NCBI GenBank assembly: GCA_965116155.1
Contig: OZ220488.1
Coordinates: 1,496,318-1,560,317 of the forward strand
Reading direction: 5' to 3'
DNA from: Bdellovibrionales bacterium
GTDB lineage: Bacteria > Bdellovibrionota > Bdellovibrionia > Bdellovibrionales > UBA1609
Length of the DNA: 64,000 bases
The notes below the pieces were generated by a model. It made no database searches. It was not told where the DNA came from and saw only the letters and a program-made list of their open reading frames with translations. The number at the start of each line of letters is the position of its first letter. Positions within the stretch are counted from its first letter, which is position 1. The position numbers were made by a program, and so were the translations under genes. This document shows positions 26,443 to 35,094 of the stretch, in pieces.

Positions 26443-28147
26443 GCATTATATCTTGTAGCTGAGCTTTTGCCTCTTCAATATGGCGGGTGATTTTTTCTGT
26501 TTTTGCATCATCTATTGCATCATTCAATTTAAGTTTGGCACTGTATATATGAGAAGGCTTAGAGGTGTTGTGCGAAATAACAGGAAAAGGCTTATATCCG
26601 TGGTCTCCAACCGCTAGAAATAGCAACTGGTTCTGGCCATAGTTTATTATTCTATGCGGCCAGGGCTCCTCTTTATCTAAAATAGAGCTATTGGAGACCG
26701 CTTTCCCAGTTGCCATGCTATAAATGTAAAATCCAGCATCTTTGTTAGGCTGAGGACCTGCGGGCCGCTCAGCTGTAATAATAAGTGCACCCGATGAATC
26801 TACCGCTACATCCCAAAACAAGTTTTTTCTTTTAAAGCCACTGTCATCAATTTTTAAAGTTGTTTTAGAGACAGCCTTGGCAAGTGTTTCGGACTCTGGA
26901 GAAAATTTAAAAACCTCCAACACTTTTCTGTCGTCTTTAAAAGCAACCCCATAAATGTTCCCTTTGTTATCAACTGATATCAGCCTTTCTATTTCATCTA
27001 TGAATTGGTTGTCAATGTATTGAGAATCTCCCGATTTAATATCAACTACAAAGGCTGATTTGTCTTCTGGGTATATGGCAATTAACTTGTTGTTTACAAA
27101 AAAGGGCATCACCTCCGATGAGGAATACTCGGGGAGACTTGATAGCTCTTCGCTGAAATACTCCCCACTTGAGTAGGCTTTTTGGCCATTGGGATAAATA
27201 CTAAAACTATTTAGGTCAGTGTGCCATGTGTGGCCTGTTTCGTTATCTATGGTAGTGACTCGCGCCTGGGCAAAGTCTGCTATGATTAACTCTTTTCCAT
27301 CATCGGAATGCGCGGCCAATGACTTAGATTTCGATACTTTTTCTTTAGCAATTATCTTATCTTTATTATCAACGGTCCGCTTGATATTCTTAGTAAGAAG
27401 CACCAGGTCGCCGTCACTATCTACAAAAGCAAGGTGGTTAGAGCGAGCAATACCCCCCTTGGCCTTTCGTGTTTTAATTTTACCAAAGTAACTTTTGCCA
27501 TTAGGAAGAAACAGCACAGGATGGTATACGTCATAGTCACTCCACAACAAAACAGAGTTATTTTTAAAGTTTCTTATCAAACGAGTGCCTGCGCGTTTTG
27601 GCCACCATATTCCTTTGAACTCCATATTTAAATCAAAGTCTTCAATTTTTAAATCTTTGACCTGTTCCTCAATCCACTTGGCCCGTTTGTTTTTTGTTTT
27701 GCGCAAGTTTTTTTCATAGGTTTCTAGCTTTTTAATAAGCTCCTCGCGAAGCGCTATTAAATTTGCTGATTTTTTCTTTGCATCCGACTCAAGCTTTGCA
27801 GTCACTTTTGAAACCAAAGATTCTATTTCGATATGCGCCGCTTTATATTGCTCTTTAGGTAGTTGCCCTTGAAGCTGCTTATCTAAAATATCATAGGCAG
27901 CGCTTAAGCCTATGTCCTCAACCTTGCGCTGAGATTGCTTGCCTTTATGCACAAGCTCGTTCTTACTAAGCTGCAATTGGATCGCAGCCATGCGTTTAAT
28001 AGTTTTGCCGTAAGGTTGTTGGTTAAGCAGCTCCTCACATGCTGTCGCGCCTTTAGGTGCATGGTTAATTGCAGCACCCTCCTTAGCAAAGGCTGACGCG
28101 CTAACACATAAAGCCAAGCATGCGAGCACTTTTAAGCCTGTCTTCAT
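26423..28147 (-). CDS. family-1 paralog b: secreted coiled-coil protein with a non-helical C-terminal body (574 aa)
   Basis: MKTGLKVLACLALCVSASAFAKEG signal peptide. Shares N-terminal, internal (NIYGV, VFKFS, AVSKTTLKI, TAERP, GFYIY, GQNQLLFL) and C-terminal (HIEEAKAQLQDI) blocks with 19873..21597 and 29894..31669. The 3' end overlaps mgtE by 20 nt. Confidence 0.7.
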   Translation of the reverse strand: MKTGLKVLACLALCVSASAFAKEGAAINHAPKGATACEELLNQQPYGKTIKRMAAIQLQLSKNELVHKGKQSQRKVEDIGLSAAYDILDKQLQGQLPKEQYKAAHIEIESLVSKVTAKLESDAKKKSANLIALREELIKKLETYEKNLRKTKNKRAKWIEEQVKDLKIEDFDLNMEFKGIWWPKRAGTRLIRNFKNNSVLLWSDYDVYHPVLFLPNGKSYFGKIKTRKAKGGIARSNHLAFVDSDGDLVLLTKNIKRTVDNKDKIIAKEKVSKSKSLAAHSDDGKELIIADFAQARVTTIDNETGHTWHTDLNSFSIYPNGQKAYSSGEYFSEELSSLPEYSSSEVMPFFVNNKLIAIYPEDKSAFVVDIKSGDSQYIDNQFIDEIERLISVDNKGNIYGVAFKDDRKVLEVFKFSPESETLAKAVSKTTLKIDDSGFKRKNLFWDVAVDSSGALIITAERPAGPQPNKDAGFYIYSMATGKAVSNSSILDKEEPWPHRIINYGQNQLLFLAVGDHGYKPFPVISHNTSKPSHIYSAKLKLNDAIDDAKTEKITRHIEEAKAQLQDIMLTQLEL

Positions 28148-28192
28148 ATTTTTCTTAATTGCCAGAGGTTCATAGTGTGTTTGCCCGATGTA

Positions 28193-28346
28193 CGTGGCTT
28201 TGACGACGATCTGGTCGCCTTGGACTTAGAGATGCATTGGTGCCTCTAACGAAAGTGTGGCAAATAAGGTCACGTTTCATCCACTTGCCTCAAGCAAACC
28301 CTGACACAGGCGACACTATTTGCCTCAATTTAGGCTAGCACTCTAA
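28193..28346. repeat. repeat fragments: reverse module C and reverse module A
   Basis: cgtggctttgacgacgatctggtcgccttgg (28193-28223) and ctagcactctaa (28335-28346), ending 10 nt from the 5S 3' end. Confidence 0.7.
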
Positions 28347-28356
28347 ATTAATTTAC

Positions 28357-28476
28357 GTTGGTATCGTGCTACTCTCGACACAGGCGTGAGCCTGCACTAC
28401 CATCACCGCAGGTGAGCTTAACTGCTGAGTTCGGAATGGGTTCAGGTGTACCCTCACCGCTATAAACACCAACAGG
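28357..28476 (-). rRNA. rrf: 5S ribosomal RNA, not adjacent to a 23S gene
   Basis: - strand reads cctgttggtgtttatagcggtgagggtacacctgaacccattccgaactcagcagttaagctcacctgcggtgatggtagtgcaggctcacgcctgtgtcgagagtagcacgataccaacg. It has CCGAACTCAG, GATGGTAGT and GAGAGTAG blocks, and helix I ttggt/accaa. Ends are +/- 3 nt. Confidence 0.9.
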
Positions 28477-28480
28477 TAGT

Positions 28481-28510
28481 ATTTTTATGCGAGTATTTTT
28501 TATAAGTCAA
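28481..28510 (-). promoter_or_regulatory. sigma70-like promoter for the 5S gene
   Basis: - strand: TTGACT (28510-28505), 17-nt spacer, TAAAAAT (28487-28481). This places the start about 5-7 nt upstream of the mature 5S 5' end. Confidence 0.55.
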
Positions 28511-28556
28511 TATTATTCCATTATTGGTGTATGTTAGGGGTCCACTAGGGGAAGTT

Positions 28557-29882
28557 ATGCGTATGTGCAGCAACAAAACAGCTTTTTTGTCCATAGGGAT
28601 ATGGGTAGCGCCTTTGTGCGTCTGTGCTTTTATGGGGTCCCTTATGGGGCTGAGGGTGGCCCAAGCCGCAGAACCAGCATCAAACCCAGTGGAGCCCGTG
28701 GCGGCCAATTGCTTTAAAATTTTACAAAGCGCCTATGCTCAAGGCACTCAAGAGTCTTTGGGCGAGGCTTTGGGCAGGGTAAATGACAAATATCTCAGCG
28801 AGCAAGATTTGGCCCAGTGGAGGGCTTTAAGCGCCAAAAGGTATAAAGATTTCAGAGCCCATGCTTTGCACAATTTGCGCGACAAAGAAAAAAAACAACA
28901 CCTCCTCATTTTAACTAAAGAGCACCTGGAAAAAACTTTAGCTAGCATTAAAAACAGCAAATCTGAAGCCCTGGGCCGTTTAGAGCAGTTGGACACTGAG
29001 TATGGCACTGAGCACTTGAACCGCTTTCAGCGAGAAGAAGCCAGCGTGCAAGAAGAGCTAATGAAGCTAAAGGACCAGATGCGTAAGAAGAGCTTTCTGC
29101 TGCGTCCTTTTTGGCGCGCAAAAACTTGGCCTACAAAACGAGCTCTAAGAAGCCGGCTGCATAAAATCCATGTTAGCGTTTTCTCAAAAGGAGAGTCTAC
29201 TTCCAGTGCTACGTGGAGTGCTTTTGTCAAAATTGGTTCAGAGGTAGAGCAGTGGAAAAAGCTCTCCCAAGACTCCGAACTGTATGAACAGGTGCTTAAA
29301 ACACAATTGGCATTTTTAGAAGATCAGATCAGAGAGATAGAAATGATTTTGCAGCATAAGCGGCTCTACCAAGAGGGCTTTGAGCAAGAGGAGCTGCAAG
29401 ACGGCCAAGATCACACAGAAACAGAAGGCAATATATATGATTATATGTTTTTGGCAGACAAAGAATACGCCGCCGGAGAGCAGGTGGTTTTAATGCTATT
29501 ACAGTATTCTAGCTTTCAAGAAAGTTCTGGCGAAGATGGCCGGCGACTTTTGGATGATTTGTTTTTGGAGGCTGCTTTGCGCGGCGAAAATCTGGATGAC
29601 TTAAAAGATAACATAAATGCTCTTAGACAAAAGTGGATGCGCGCTGACATTCGCAGCAACACGATCAACCAAGAACGCGTAAGAGCTTTAGAGAAGCAGG
29701 TTTTAGATCTAATAGCATCTAGAGATCAAGTGCAAGCCCAGCACGAGCAGGCTGAGAAAGACTTTGCAAAGCGTTTGCACAAACTCAAAAAAAACCGATT
29801 TAGAAAAAGCTTTCTCTTAGGCACAACGGCCTTTGTGGTATTCGAAATCGGGTATCATACCTTTTTATGGTATTTCACATAG
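28557..29882 (+). CDS. secreted/membrane-anchored coiled-coil protein (441 aa)
   Basis: ATG 28557 preceded by aggggaag. N-terminal hydrophobic LSIGIWVAPLCVCAFMGSLMGLRVAQA, a long charged heptad-rich body, and a C-terminal TM (FLLGTTAFVVFEIGYHTFLWYF). No family recognised. Confidence 0.6.
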   Translation: MRMCSNKTAFLSIGIWVAPLCVCAFMGSLMGLRVAQAAEPASNPVEPVAANCFKILQSAYAQGTQESLGEALGRVNDKYLSEQDLAQWRALSAKRYKDFRAHALHNLRDKEKKQHLLILTKEHLEKTLASIKNSKSEALGRLEQLDTEYGTEHLNRFQREEASVQEELMKLKDQMRKKSFLLRPFWRAKTWPTKRALRSRLHKIHVSVFSKGESTSSATWSAFVKIGSEVEQWKKLSQDSELYEQVLKTQLAFLEDQIREIEMILQHKRLYQEGFEQEELQDGQDHTETEGNIYDYMFLADKEYAAGEQVVLMLLQYSSFQESSGEDGRRLLDDLFLEAALRGENLDDLKDNINALRQKWMRADIRSNTINQERVRALEKQVLDLIASRDQVQAQHEQAEKDFAKRLHKLKKNRFRKSFLLGTTAFVVFEIGYHTFLWYFT

Positions 29883-29893
29883 AGTATTTGCAT

Positions 29894-31669
29894 ATGCCCA
29901 TGTTTATAAAAGCACTAAAATGCTTGTTCGCATGCTTGGCTTTATGTGTTAGCGCGTCAGCCTTCGCTAAGGATGATGTTGCAATTAACCATGCACCAGC
30001 TAAAGGCGCAGCAAAATGTGAGGAGCTGCTTAACCAACAACCTTACGGCCAAAAACCTTACGGCAAAATTATTAAACGCATGGCTGCGATCAAAATGCAG
30101 CTTAGTAAGAATGCGCTTGTGCATAAGGGCAAGCAATCTCAGCGCAAGGCTGAGGACATAGGCTTAAGGGTGGCTTATGATATTTTAGATAAGCAGCTTC
30201 AAGGGCAACTACCTAAAGAGCAATATGAAGCAGCGCTTATTGAAATAGAATCTTTGGTTTCAAAAGTGACTACAAAGCTTGAGGTGGATGAAAACAAAAA
30301 GCAAAAAACCTTAGCAGCGCTTCAGCACGAGCGCGCGGCGCTGATTAAAAATATAGAAACCTATGAAAGCAAAAGAAGGGATCTACTTCAGGGAGCGTTG
30401 GGTGAAGCTGTAAAAATGAAAAAATGGGATTTAAAGGTAAAGTTCGACGGTGCATATTGGAGAGTTCGCAGTGGGGCCATTTTAATATGGGACTATAGTA
30501 ATAGTAGCAACTCTGTTGCCTTAATTGATAACAAGGCAAGATTTCTGGATACAGATTCACCGTCTAAAGAAATCCCACTGTACTATAAGGGGGGCAGTTA
30601 TTTTGGTAATACGTTTAAGTTTTCATCTAGCAGTGACGCAGAAATTGGGGACATGGTCAGTAGTTATTCAATGCATAGGGTTAAACAGGCCTTTTTAAAC
30701 ACGGAAGCAAACCTTGTAATTTTTGATAAGGGTTACGAATACACGATTAATAATACAGGTAAAGTGATTGATAAAAAAAGAGTGTCTCAAACAATGCCCT
30801 TAGTGGGTTTTTCGCAGAGCCAAATAATGGTAGCAGACTTCAATGGCTCAAAACTTACCACAAAAGACACCGGCACAGGCAATGAGGAAAGTGTTGATCT
30901 AACTCGTTTTAGTATTTATGACGGCAGCAAGGAAAGAGAGGCAAGCCCACTTGAGTTTGACAGGGTTTTAAAAAAGATGTCAAAAAATACGGTACCTTTA
31001 TCTGTTGTAACAGACAGCAAGTTGATTGCTCTATATGAAAAGGATGCCTTTATTGTTGATAGCATGTCTGGGCATGCAAGATTAATTAATTTCTTTGAGC
31101 CTGAAAGCGTCCAGTATCGTCATAGAAAACAGTTGGTATCCGTTGATAGAGACGGAAACATTTATGGGACTTTTATAAAAAAAGGCGAAAAAGTTTTGGA
31201 GGTTTTTAAGTTTTCCCCAGAGTCCCAAACGCCTAATACAGCTGTTTATAAAACCACTTTGAAAATTGAACTTAATGCTTTTAATAGCGAAAATATATTT
31301 GATGATACTACTACTGTGGACTCAACAGGTCGTTACGTTATTGCCCTTGAAAGGGGGCCAAGTGCACCAGGGGTTTATCTGTATAGTATGGAGCTGGGTA
31401 TCAAACTAGGTAATACTTCTATATTAGAAGGCCTAACAGACCCGAGTGACGAGGTGATAGATGTGGTCAACCATGGTCAGAACCAGCTGATGTTCGTACT
31501 TGCCTCTGAAGATAATGAAAGCGGGCGTACGGTTTTTTATGTGTCTAGCGCTAAGTTTAATTTTAATGACAATAAACTCGGCGAAGTGGATAAAATCATC
31601 CACCAGATTGAAGAGGCAAAAGCTCAGCTACAAGATGTTGAGTTGAAACTTGCGGAGACAAGCAAGTAA
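29894..31669 (+). CDS. family-1 paralog c: secreted coiled-coil protein with a non-helical C-terminal body (591 aa)
   Basis: MPMFIKALKCLFACLALCVSASAFAKDD signal peptide and the same conserved blocks as paralogs a and b. Contains a 15-nt internal duplication (QQPYGQKPYG). Confidence 0.7.
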   Translation: MPMFIKALKCLFACLALCVSASAFAKDDVAINHAPAKGAAKCEELLNQQPYGQKPYGKIIKRMAAIKMQLSKNALVHKGKQSQRKAEDIGLRVAYDILDKQLQGQLPKEQYEAALIEIESLVSKVTTKLEVDENKKQKTLAALQHERAALIKNIETYESKRRDLLQGALGEAVKMKKWDLKVKFDGAYWRVRSGAILIWDYSNSSNSVALIDNKARFLDTDSPSKEIPLYYKGGSYFGNTFKFSSSSDAEIGDMVSSYSMHRVKQAFLNTEANLVIFDKGYEYTINNTGKVIDKKRVSQTMPLVGFSQSQIMVADFNGSKLTTKDTGTGNEESVDLTRFSIYDGSKEREASPLEFDRVLKKMSKNTVPLSVVTDSKLIALYEKDAFIVDSMSGHARLINFFEPESVQYRHRKQLVSVDRDGNIYGTFIKKGEKVLEVFKFSPESQTPNTAVYKTTLKIELNAFNSENIFDDTTTVDSTGRYVIALERGPSAPGVYLYSMELGIKLGNTSILEGLTDPSDEVIDVVNHGQNQLMFVLASEDNESGRTVFYVSSAKFNFNDNKLGEVDKIIHQIEEAKAQLQDVELKLAETSK

Positions 31670-31689
31670 GCATGAAAAAAGCGTCTAGG

Positions 31690-31987
31690 CTCTCTTTAAA
31701 AGCACGAGGCTTTGACGAGAGTGTCGCGGCCTTGGGCGTTGACGGGAGTGTGGTAAATCGAGTTTGCTCAGTTTGTCTTAGATTAAGCGCACTCGGACAC
31801 AGGCGTGGTTATTTGCCTAGGCCAACATTAGCCCCATTTCAGGTGCGCCGCTTTAACTCGATTTACAGGGCCATAAAAGCCTTATAGGTCGCAAAACAAA
31901 CTCGGGCCTTTCGTTTGTCCCAAGAATAGACGCGCCTGAGCTGCCCTTGGGACGGCACTTACTGGCCAAGTTTGTTTTACTAGCGCT
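31690..31987. repeat. mosaic repeat block (reverse module C, module F, module E, reverse module A)
   Basis: gcacgaggctttgacgagagtgtcgcggccttgg (31703-31737). gtgcgccgctttaactcgatttacagggccataaa (31843-31877) is also at 36947. ttataggtcgcaaaacaaactcgggcctttcgtttgtcccaag...cccttggga is also at 46985-47060. ctagcgctctaa lies at the right end. Confidence 0.8.
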
Positions 31988-32704
31988 CTAATCCTTTAAA
32001 AAAGCGTTCCATTCGGCGCTCCAAGGAGGCGGAAGGCTTTGGCACTGGTAGCTAAAATCTACCTCGTCTACGGGTTTCCAGTAGGATTGGGGACTGTAGA
32101 AGGTGTTAGGCTCATGGAATACGCGCTTTTGGTCCTCTGGGTCTAAGGGCTGCACAGAGACACGGCTTTTTTGGGTGTTTTTAGGGCCAAGCTCCACGCG
32201 GTTAGAGTGGGTTTTTTCTGCAGGGTGCAAATAGTACTCGTATACGCCGAGCCTTAGGGTTTGCTTGTCAAAAACAAAGGTCTTTAAGCCTCTAAAGAGC
32301 GCATAATGCCATACCATATAAGGGTGCTCGCCGACGCCTTTTTTTTCGTCTTCGCGGCTTAGTACGGTGCCATCAGGCAGTTCCCACTTGCCCATGGCGC
32401 TGCCTTGCACGATGGCGTACATGAGATACCGCTCGTCCTCTTGTGCTTGGTGCATATAATGACCGCCTTGCGTAAAGGGTGTAATAGGCTCTTTTTGAGC
32501 ATGCCGAAAATCAAACAAATGCATACCGCGCTTAATAGAGTTGTGCGAATGCAAAAGCAGCTCCCTATGGGGAGGGTTTTGTTGATTTTTGCACAAAAAA
32601 GCATCATCCGACCCCAGTACAGTAAAAAACCACATAAGGGTCGAGGCAATACTCTGCACGATGTTTTCTCCCCAGCCGGCCATATGCATGGCCGTATCGG
32701 TCAC
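31988..32704 (-). CDS. hypothetical protein (238 aa)
   Basis: ORF only, no recognisable motifs. Starts at GTG 32704, or at ATG 32689 or 32683. Divergent from family-2 paralog b. Confidence 0.45.
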   Translation of the reverse strand: MTDTAMHMAGWGENIVQSIASTLMWFFTVLGSDDAFLCKNQQNPPHRELLLHSHNSIKRGMHLFDFRHAQKEPITPFTQGGHYMHQAQEDERYLMYAIVQGSAMGKWELPDGTVLSREDEKKGVGEHPYMVWHYALFRGLKTFVFDKQTLRLGVYEYYLHPAEKTHSNRVELGPKNTQKSRVSVQPLDPEDQKRVFHEPNTFYSPQSYWKPVDEVDFSYQCQSLPPPWSAEWNAFLKD

Positions 32705-32950
32705 TTGAAGTTAGAGCGTTAGTCCAATATCCTGGGATTAAGCGTCGGCGTCCTGATAGCCTCTGGAAGAGGCGGCCATCAGGGCGCCAAGCGTCCCGCA
32801 GAATATTGGGCGGCCTATAAGGGATCTATGGCCCTGCGGCTTTGGGCGATTTTTAGGCCCAAGGCCGCGACGCTTACGTCAAAGCCCCGTGCATTGAGTA
32901 AGCCTAAGTTAGAGCGTTAGTCCAATACTCTGGGATTAAGTGCTGGATGA
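32705..32950. repeat. A-B-C repeat unit plus truncated second unit
   Basis: gttagagcgttag, hairpin B with core ctgatagcctctggaagaggcggccatcag (32753-32782), module C ctatggccctgcggctttggg..cccaaggccgcgac..cgtcaaagc..gtgcattgagtaag, then a second gttagagcgttagtccaatactctgggattaag truncated before the 32968 start. Confidence 0.85.
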
Positions 32951-32967
32951 TTAGGTGAGAGGCTGTT

Positions 32968-35094
32968 GTGGCGCAATTACGCAACATAATACTTGGCAAG
33001 GCCTTTGTGGCAGTGGTGGCAATTGGGGTTGTGGGCTGCAGCAGCGTGCCCCAGCGCGAGCCCCAACGCGTGCCCTTGTCGCAAGCCCAAGAGCAGCAAA
33101 ATGCGCAAATCCTTTTAGAGCGCCAATTTTTGCGTGAGCTGGGTACTAAAGTGCACTCTGTAGTAGAGGCGAACACTTTTTTACTAAGGCGCCTTTATGT
33201 TTGCGTAACCTATGCTCGCTACCATGCGCGCCCGTTGCCGGAGTTTGTAATGAGGGCAAGAGCCTTAGAGGTAGAAGATAATATGCGCCTTAGCGCGAGT
33301 GTGAGGAGCACTAATAGCTGGGGCTCTTTTGATAAAGACGATTTAAAACAGACCTGCCCGCAGTATTTTTATCAAGTACAGCAGATGTCTCAGCAAACCT
33401 ACCCTGCCATTAAAAAACTACTTGCTATGCATGGGGTTTTAAAAAAGCAAACCATGCAGCAGCTGTGGGGGCTGATGTTAAAAGAGCTACAGTACGCGCA
33501 TTTTAAAAAAACGGGCACTAAATTGAGTTATAGTTTAAAGCTTACAGCAGTAGAAACTCCAGCTGGCCCTACTGTTGGGCCTAGGCGCTGGGTGTATAAA
33601 AAAGCCAGCGCCCCAGCCAAGCTCCCTAAAAAGTGGGGCGTAGAGGGTGTGGATTTTTCGCCTCCCGTTAAGAGTAGCCATATAAACAATGTGTTTCATA
33701 ATATCGAAGGCTTAGAGTTTAGCGGGCTTGATATAGAGCGGTATGTGTTTGATAGTAACGCTAAAGAGCATGGCGCCATGCCGGGCAAGGTTGTGCCGGT
33801 GGGTTTTGGGCAAAACACACGCATGCTGCAGCCGCATCAAGCTGTTTATGCGCCTAAGGCTTTTAAAAATTATTGTGATGTATTTAATTTTAGCTTGCAC
33901 TGGGGTGAGGGCTCTAGGGCCCAGTGCCATGCGTACCATAAAACACTTTTAAAAGTAAGCCAGCATTTGGGCATTGCAGAGCACCAAGATCCAGATTACG
34001 CGCAAGCCGAAAGCGCATCTAAAGCGCGCTGCACGCAGGGTGAGGCGGTAGATAGTGTGCTGTTACAAAAAATCCAAAAGGCCGTGGATAAAAGCTGTGC
34101 CTTGTGGTCTGGGTTAAATTTTAACTACGATGTTAAAGCAAAAAAAAGAGTATTTAGTTTTGACTCAAAAAAATCGGCACAAAAATTATCAAAGCTCACT
34201 ACAAAAGAGTTAGAGCAGCTCTATTTGGTGGGGAGTGTGCTAAAGCAATTTTCTAACGAGTGGAGCTTTGATGAAATAAAAAAACACCAAAACCTTACTG
34301 GCCTCTGGGTTAAAGACACGCTAATTAACATGGTGGGGGCGGTGCCTTTTTTGGTTATGCTAAAAACCTTTGCCTTGCAGGATCTAGCGGATTGGCAAGA
34401 TGTATCGGATTTAAGAGGGCTGAGTGATAAAACCTGGCAAGATATGGAGCGTGTGTTTGCTTACAAGCTAAAGCGTGGGCATGCGTTGAGTGCACACACT
34501 CAGCAGCATATAAACGAGGCTCATTTGGATCTTATGCAGTTTGTACCCTTGGTTACAGACATGGTCCAAAATCCTCCACAAAGCTTTCTGGCGCAGGGCT
34601 TGAGTGCGGAGGGTGTTGAGCGTCTGGCTGCAGGTTTAACCAAGCGTTATGAGAGCCTGTGGCACCAGGGCAAAACTGTAGCGGTGCTTTTTATTGCGAC
34701 AATAGGTTTTTGTGCGGCTCCTTTTTCAAAAGCATTAAAGGCTTTCAAATTTGTTAAGGCCGCTGCCAAGGTGGAGAGTTTAAGGGCGTTGCCTGGCATA
34801 GGAGGGGCATTTTTTTCTTGTGGTTGGTCGTTTGATGTTGTGGCTAATGCGGGCTATTTTGTTTGGGCGGCTTATGATGGAGCCAAGGTAGTGGATGGGT
34901 TTTTATCTATGGGTAACAAGCTTGTGCGGTACGAAGATTTAGACCAAGTGCAAAAAGACGTCCTTTTTGAGATGGCATTTATGCCAGTGGGCATAGCTGG
35001 CACAACAAAGGCTGCGCGTGCGCTTCGTCAAAAGCTCCAAAAACAAAAACAAAAAGCCCACAAGGCCTTGCAAAAACTACGTGCGCCCAATTAG
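32968..35094 (+). CDS. family-2 paralog b: large lipoprotein with C-terminal transmembrane segments (708 aa)
   Basis: GTG start. AFVAVVAIGVVGCSS lipobox. Shares SQAQEQQNAQILLERQFLR, YPAIKK..VLKKQTMQQLW, HFKKTG.KL.Y, PFL.MLK...LQ.LA.WQD and WQDMERVF blocks with 12074..14311. Its stop codon lies inside module A. Confidence 0.7.
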   Translation: MAQLRNIILGKAFVAVVAIGVVGCSSVPQREPQRVPLSQAQEQQNAQILLERQFLRELGTKVHSVVEANTFLLRRLYVCVTYARYHARPLPEFVMRARALEVEDNMRLSASVRSTNSWGSFDKDDLKQTCPQYFYQVQQMSQQTYPAIKKLLAMHGVLKKQTMQQLWGLMLKELQYAHFKKTGTKLSYSLKLTAVETPAGPTVGPRRWVYKKASAPAKLPKKWGVEGVDFSPPVKSSHINNVFHNIEGLEFSGLDIERYVFDSNAKEHGAMPGKVVPVGFGQNTRMLQPHQAVYAPKAFKNYCDVFNFSLHWGEGSRAQCHAYHKTLLKVSQHLGIAEHQDPDYAQAESASKARCTQGEAVDSVLLQKIQKAVDKSCALWSGLNFNYDVKAKKRVFSFDSKKSAQKLSKLTTKELEQLYLVGSVLKQFSNEWSFDEIKKHQNLTGLWVKDTLINMVGAVPFLVMLKTFALQDLADWQDVSDLRGLSDKTWQDMERVFAYKLKRGHALSAHTQQHINEAHLDLMQFVPLVTDMVQNPPQSFLAQGLSAEGVERLAAGLTKRYESLWHQGKTVAVLFIATIGFCAAPFSKALKAFKFVKAAAKVESLRALPGIGGAFFSCGWSFDVVANAGYFVWAAYDGAKVVDGFLSMGNKLVRYEDLDQVQKDVLFEMAFMPVGIAGTTKAARALRQKLQKQKQKAHKALQKLRAPN

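Noticed and set aside
28460-28708. 82-aa ORF on the - strand overlapping the 5S gene 5' end and its promoter
   Set aside because: It overlaps a confidently identified rRNA gene and the opposite-strand coiled-coil gene, and there is no supporting signal.
31672-31887. 71-aa ORF downstream of family-1 paralog c, and the 71-aa ORF at 36947-37162
   Set aside because: Both lie entirely within repeat modules found non-coding elsewhere in both orientations (reverse module C, F, E, D).
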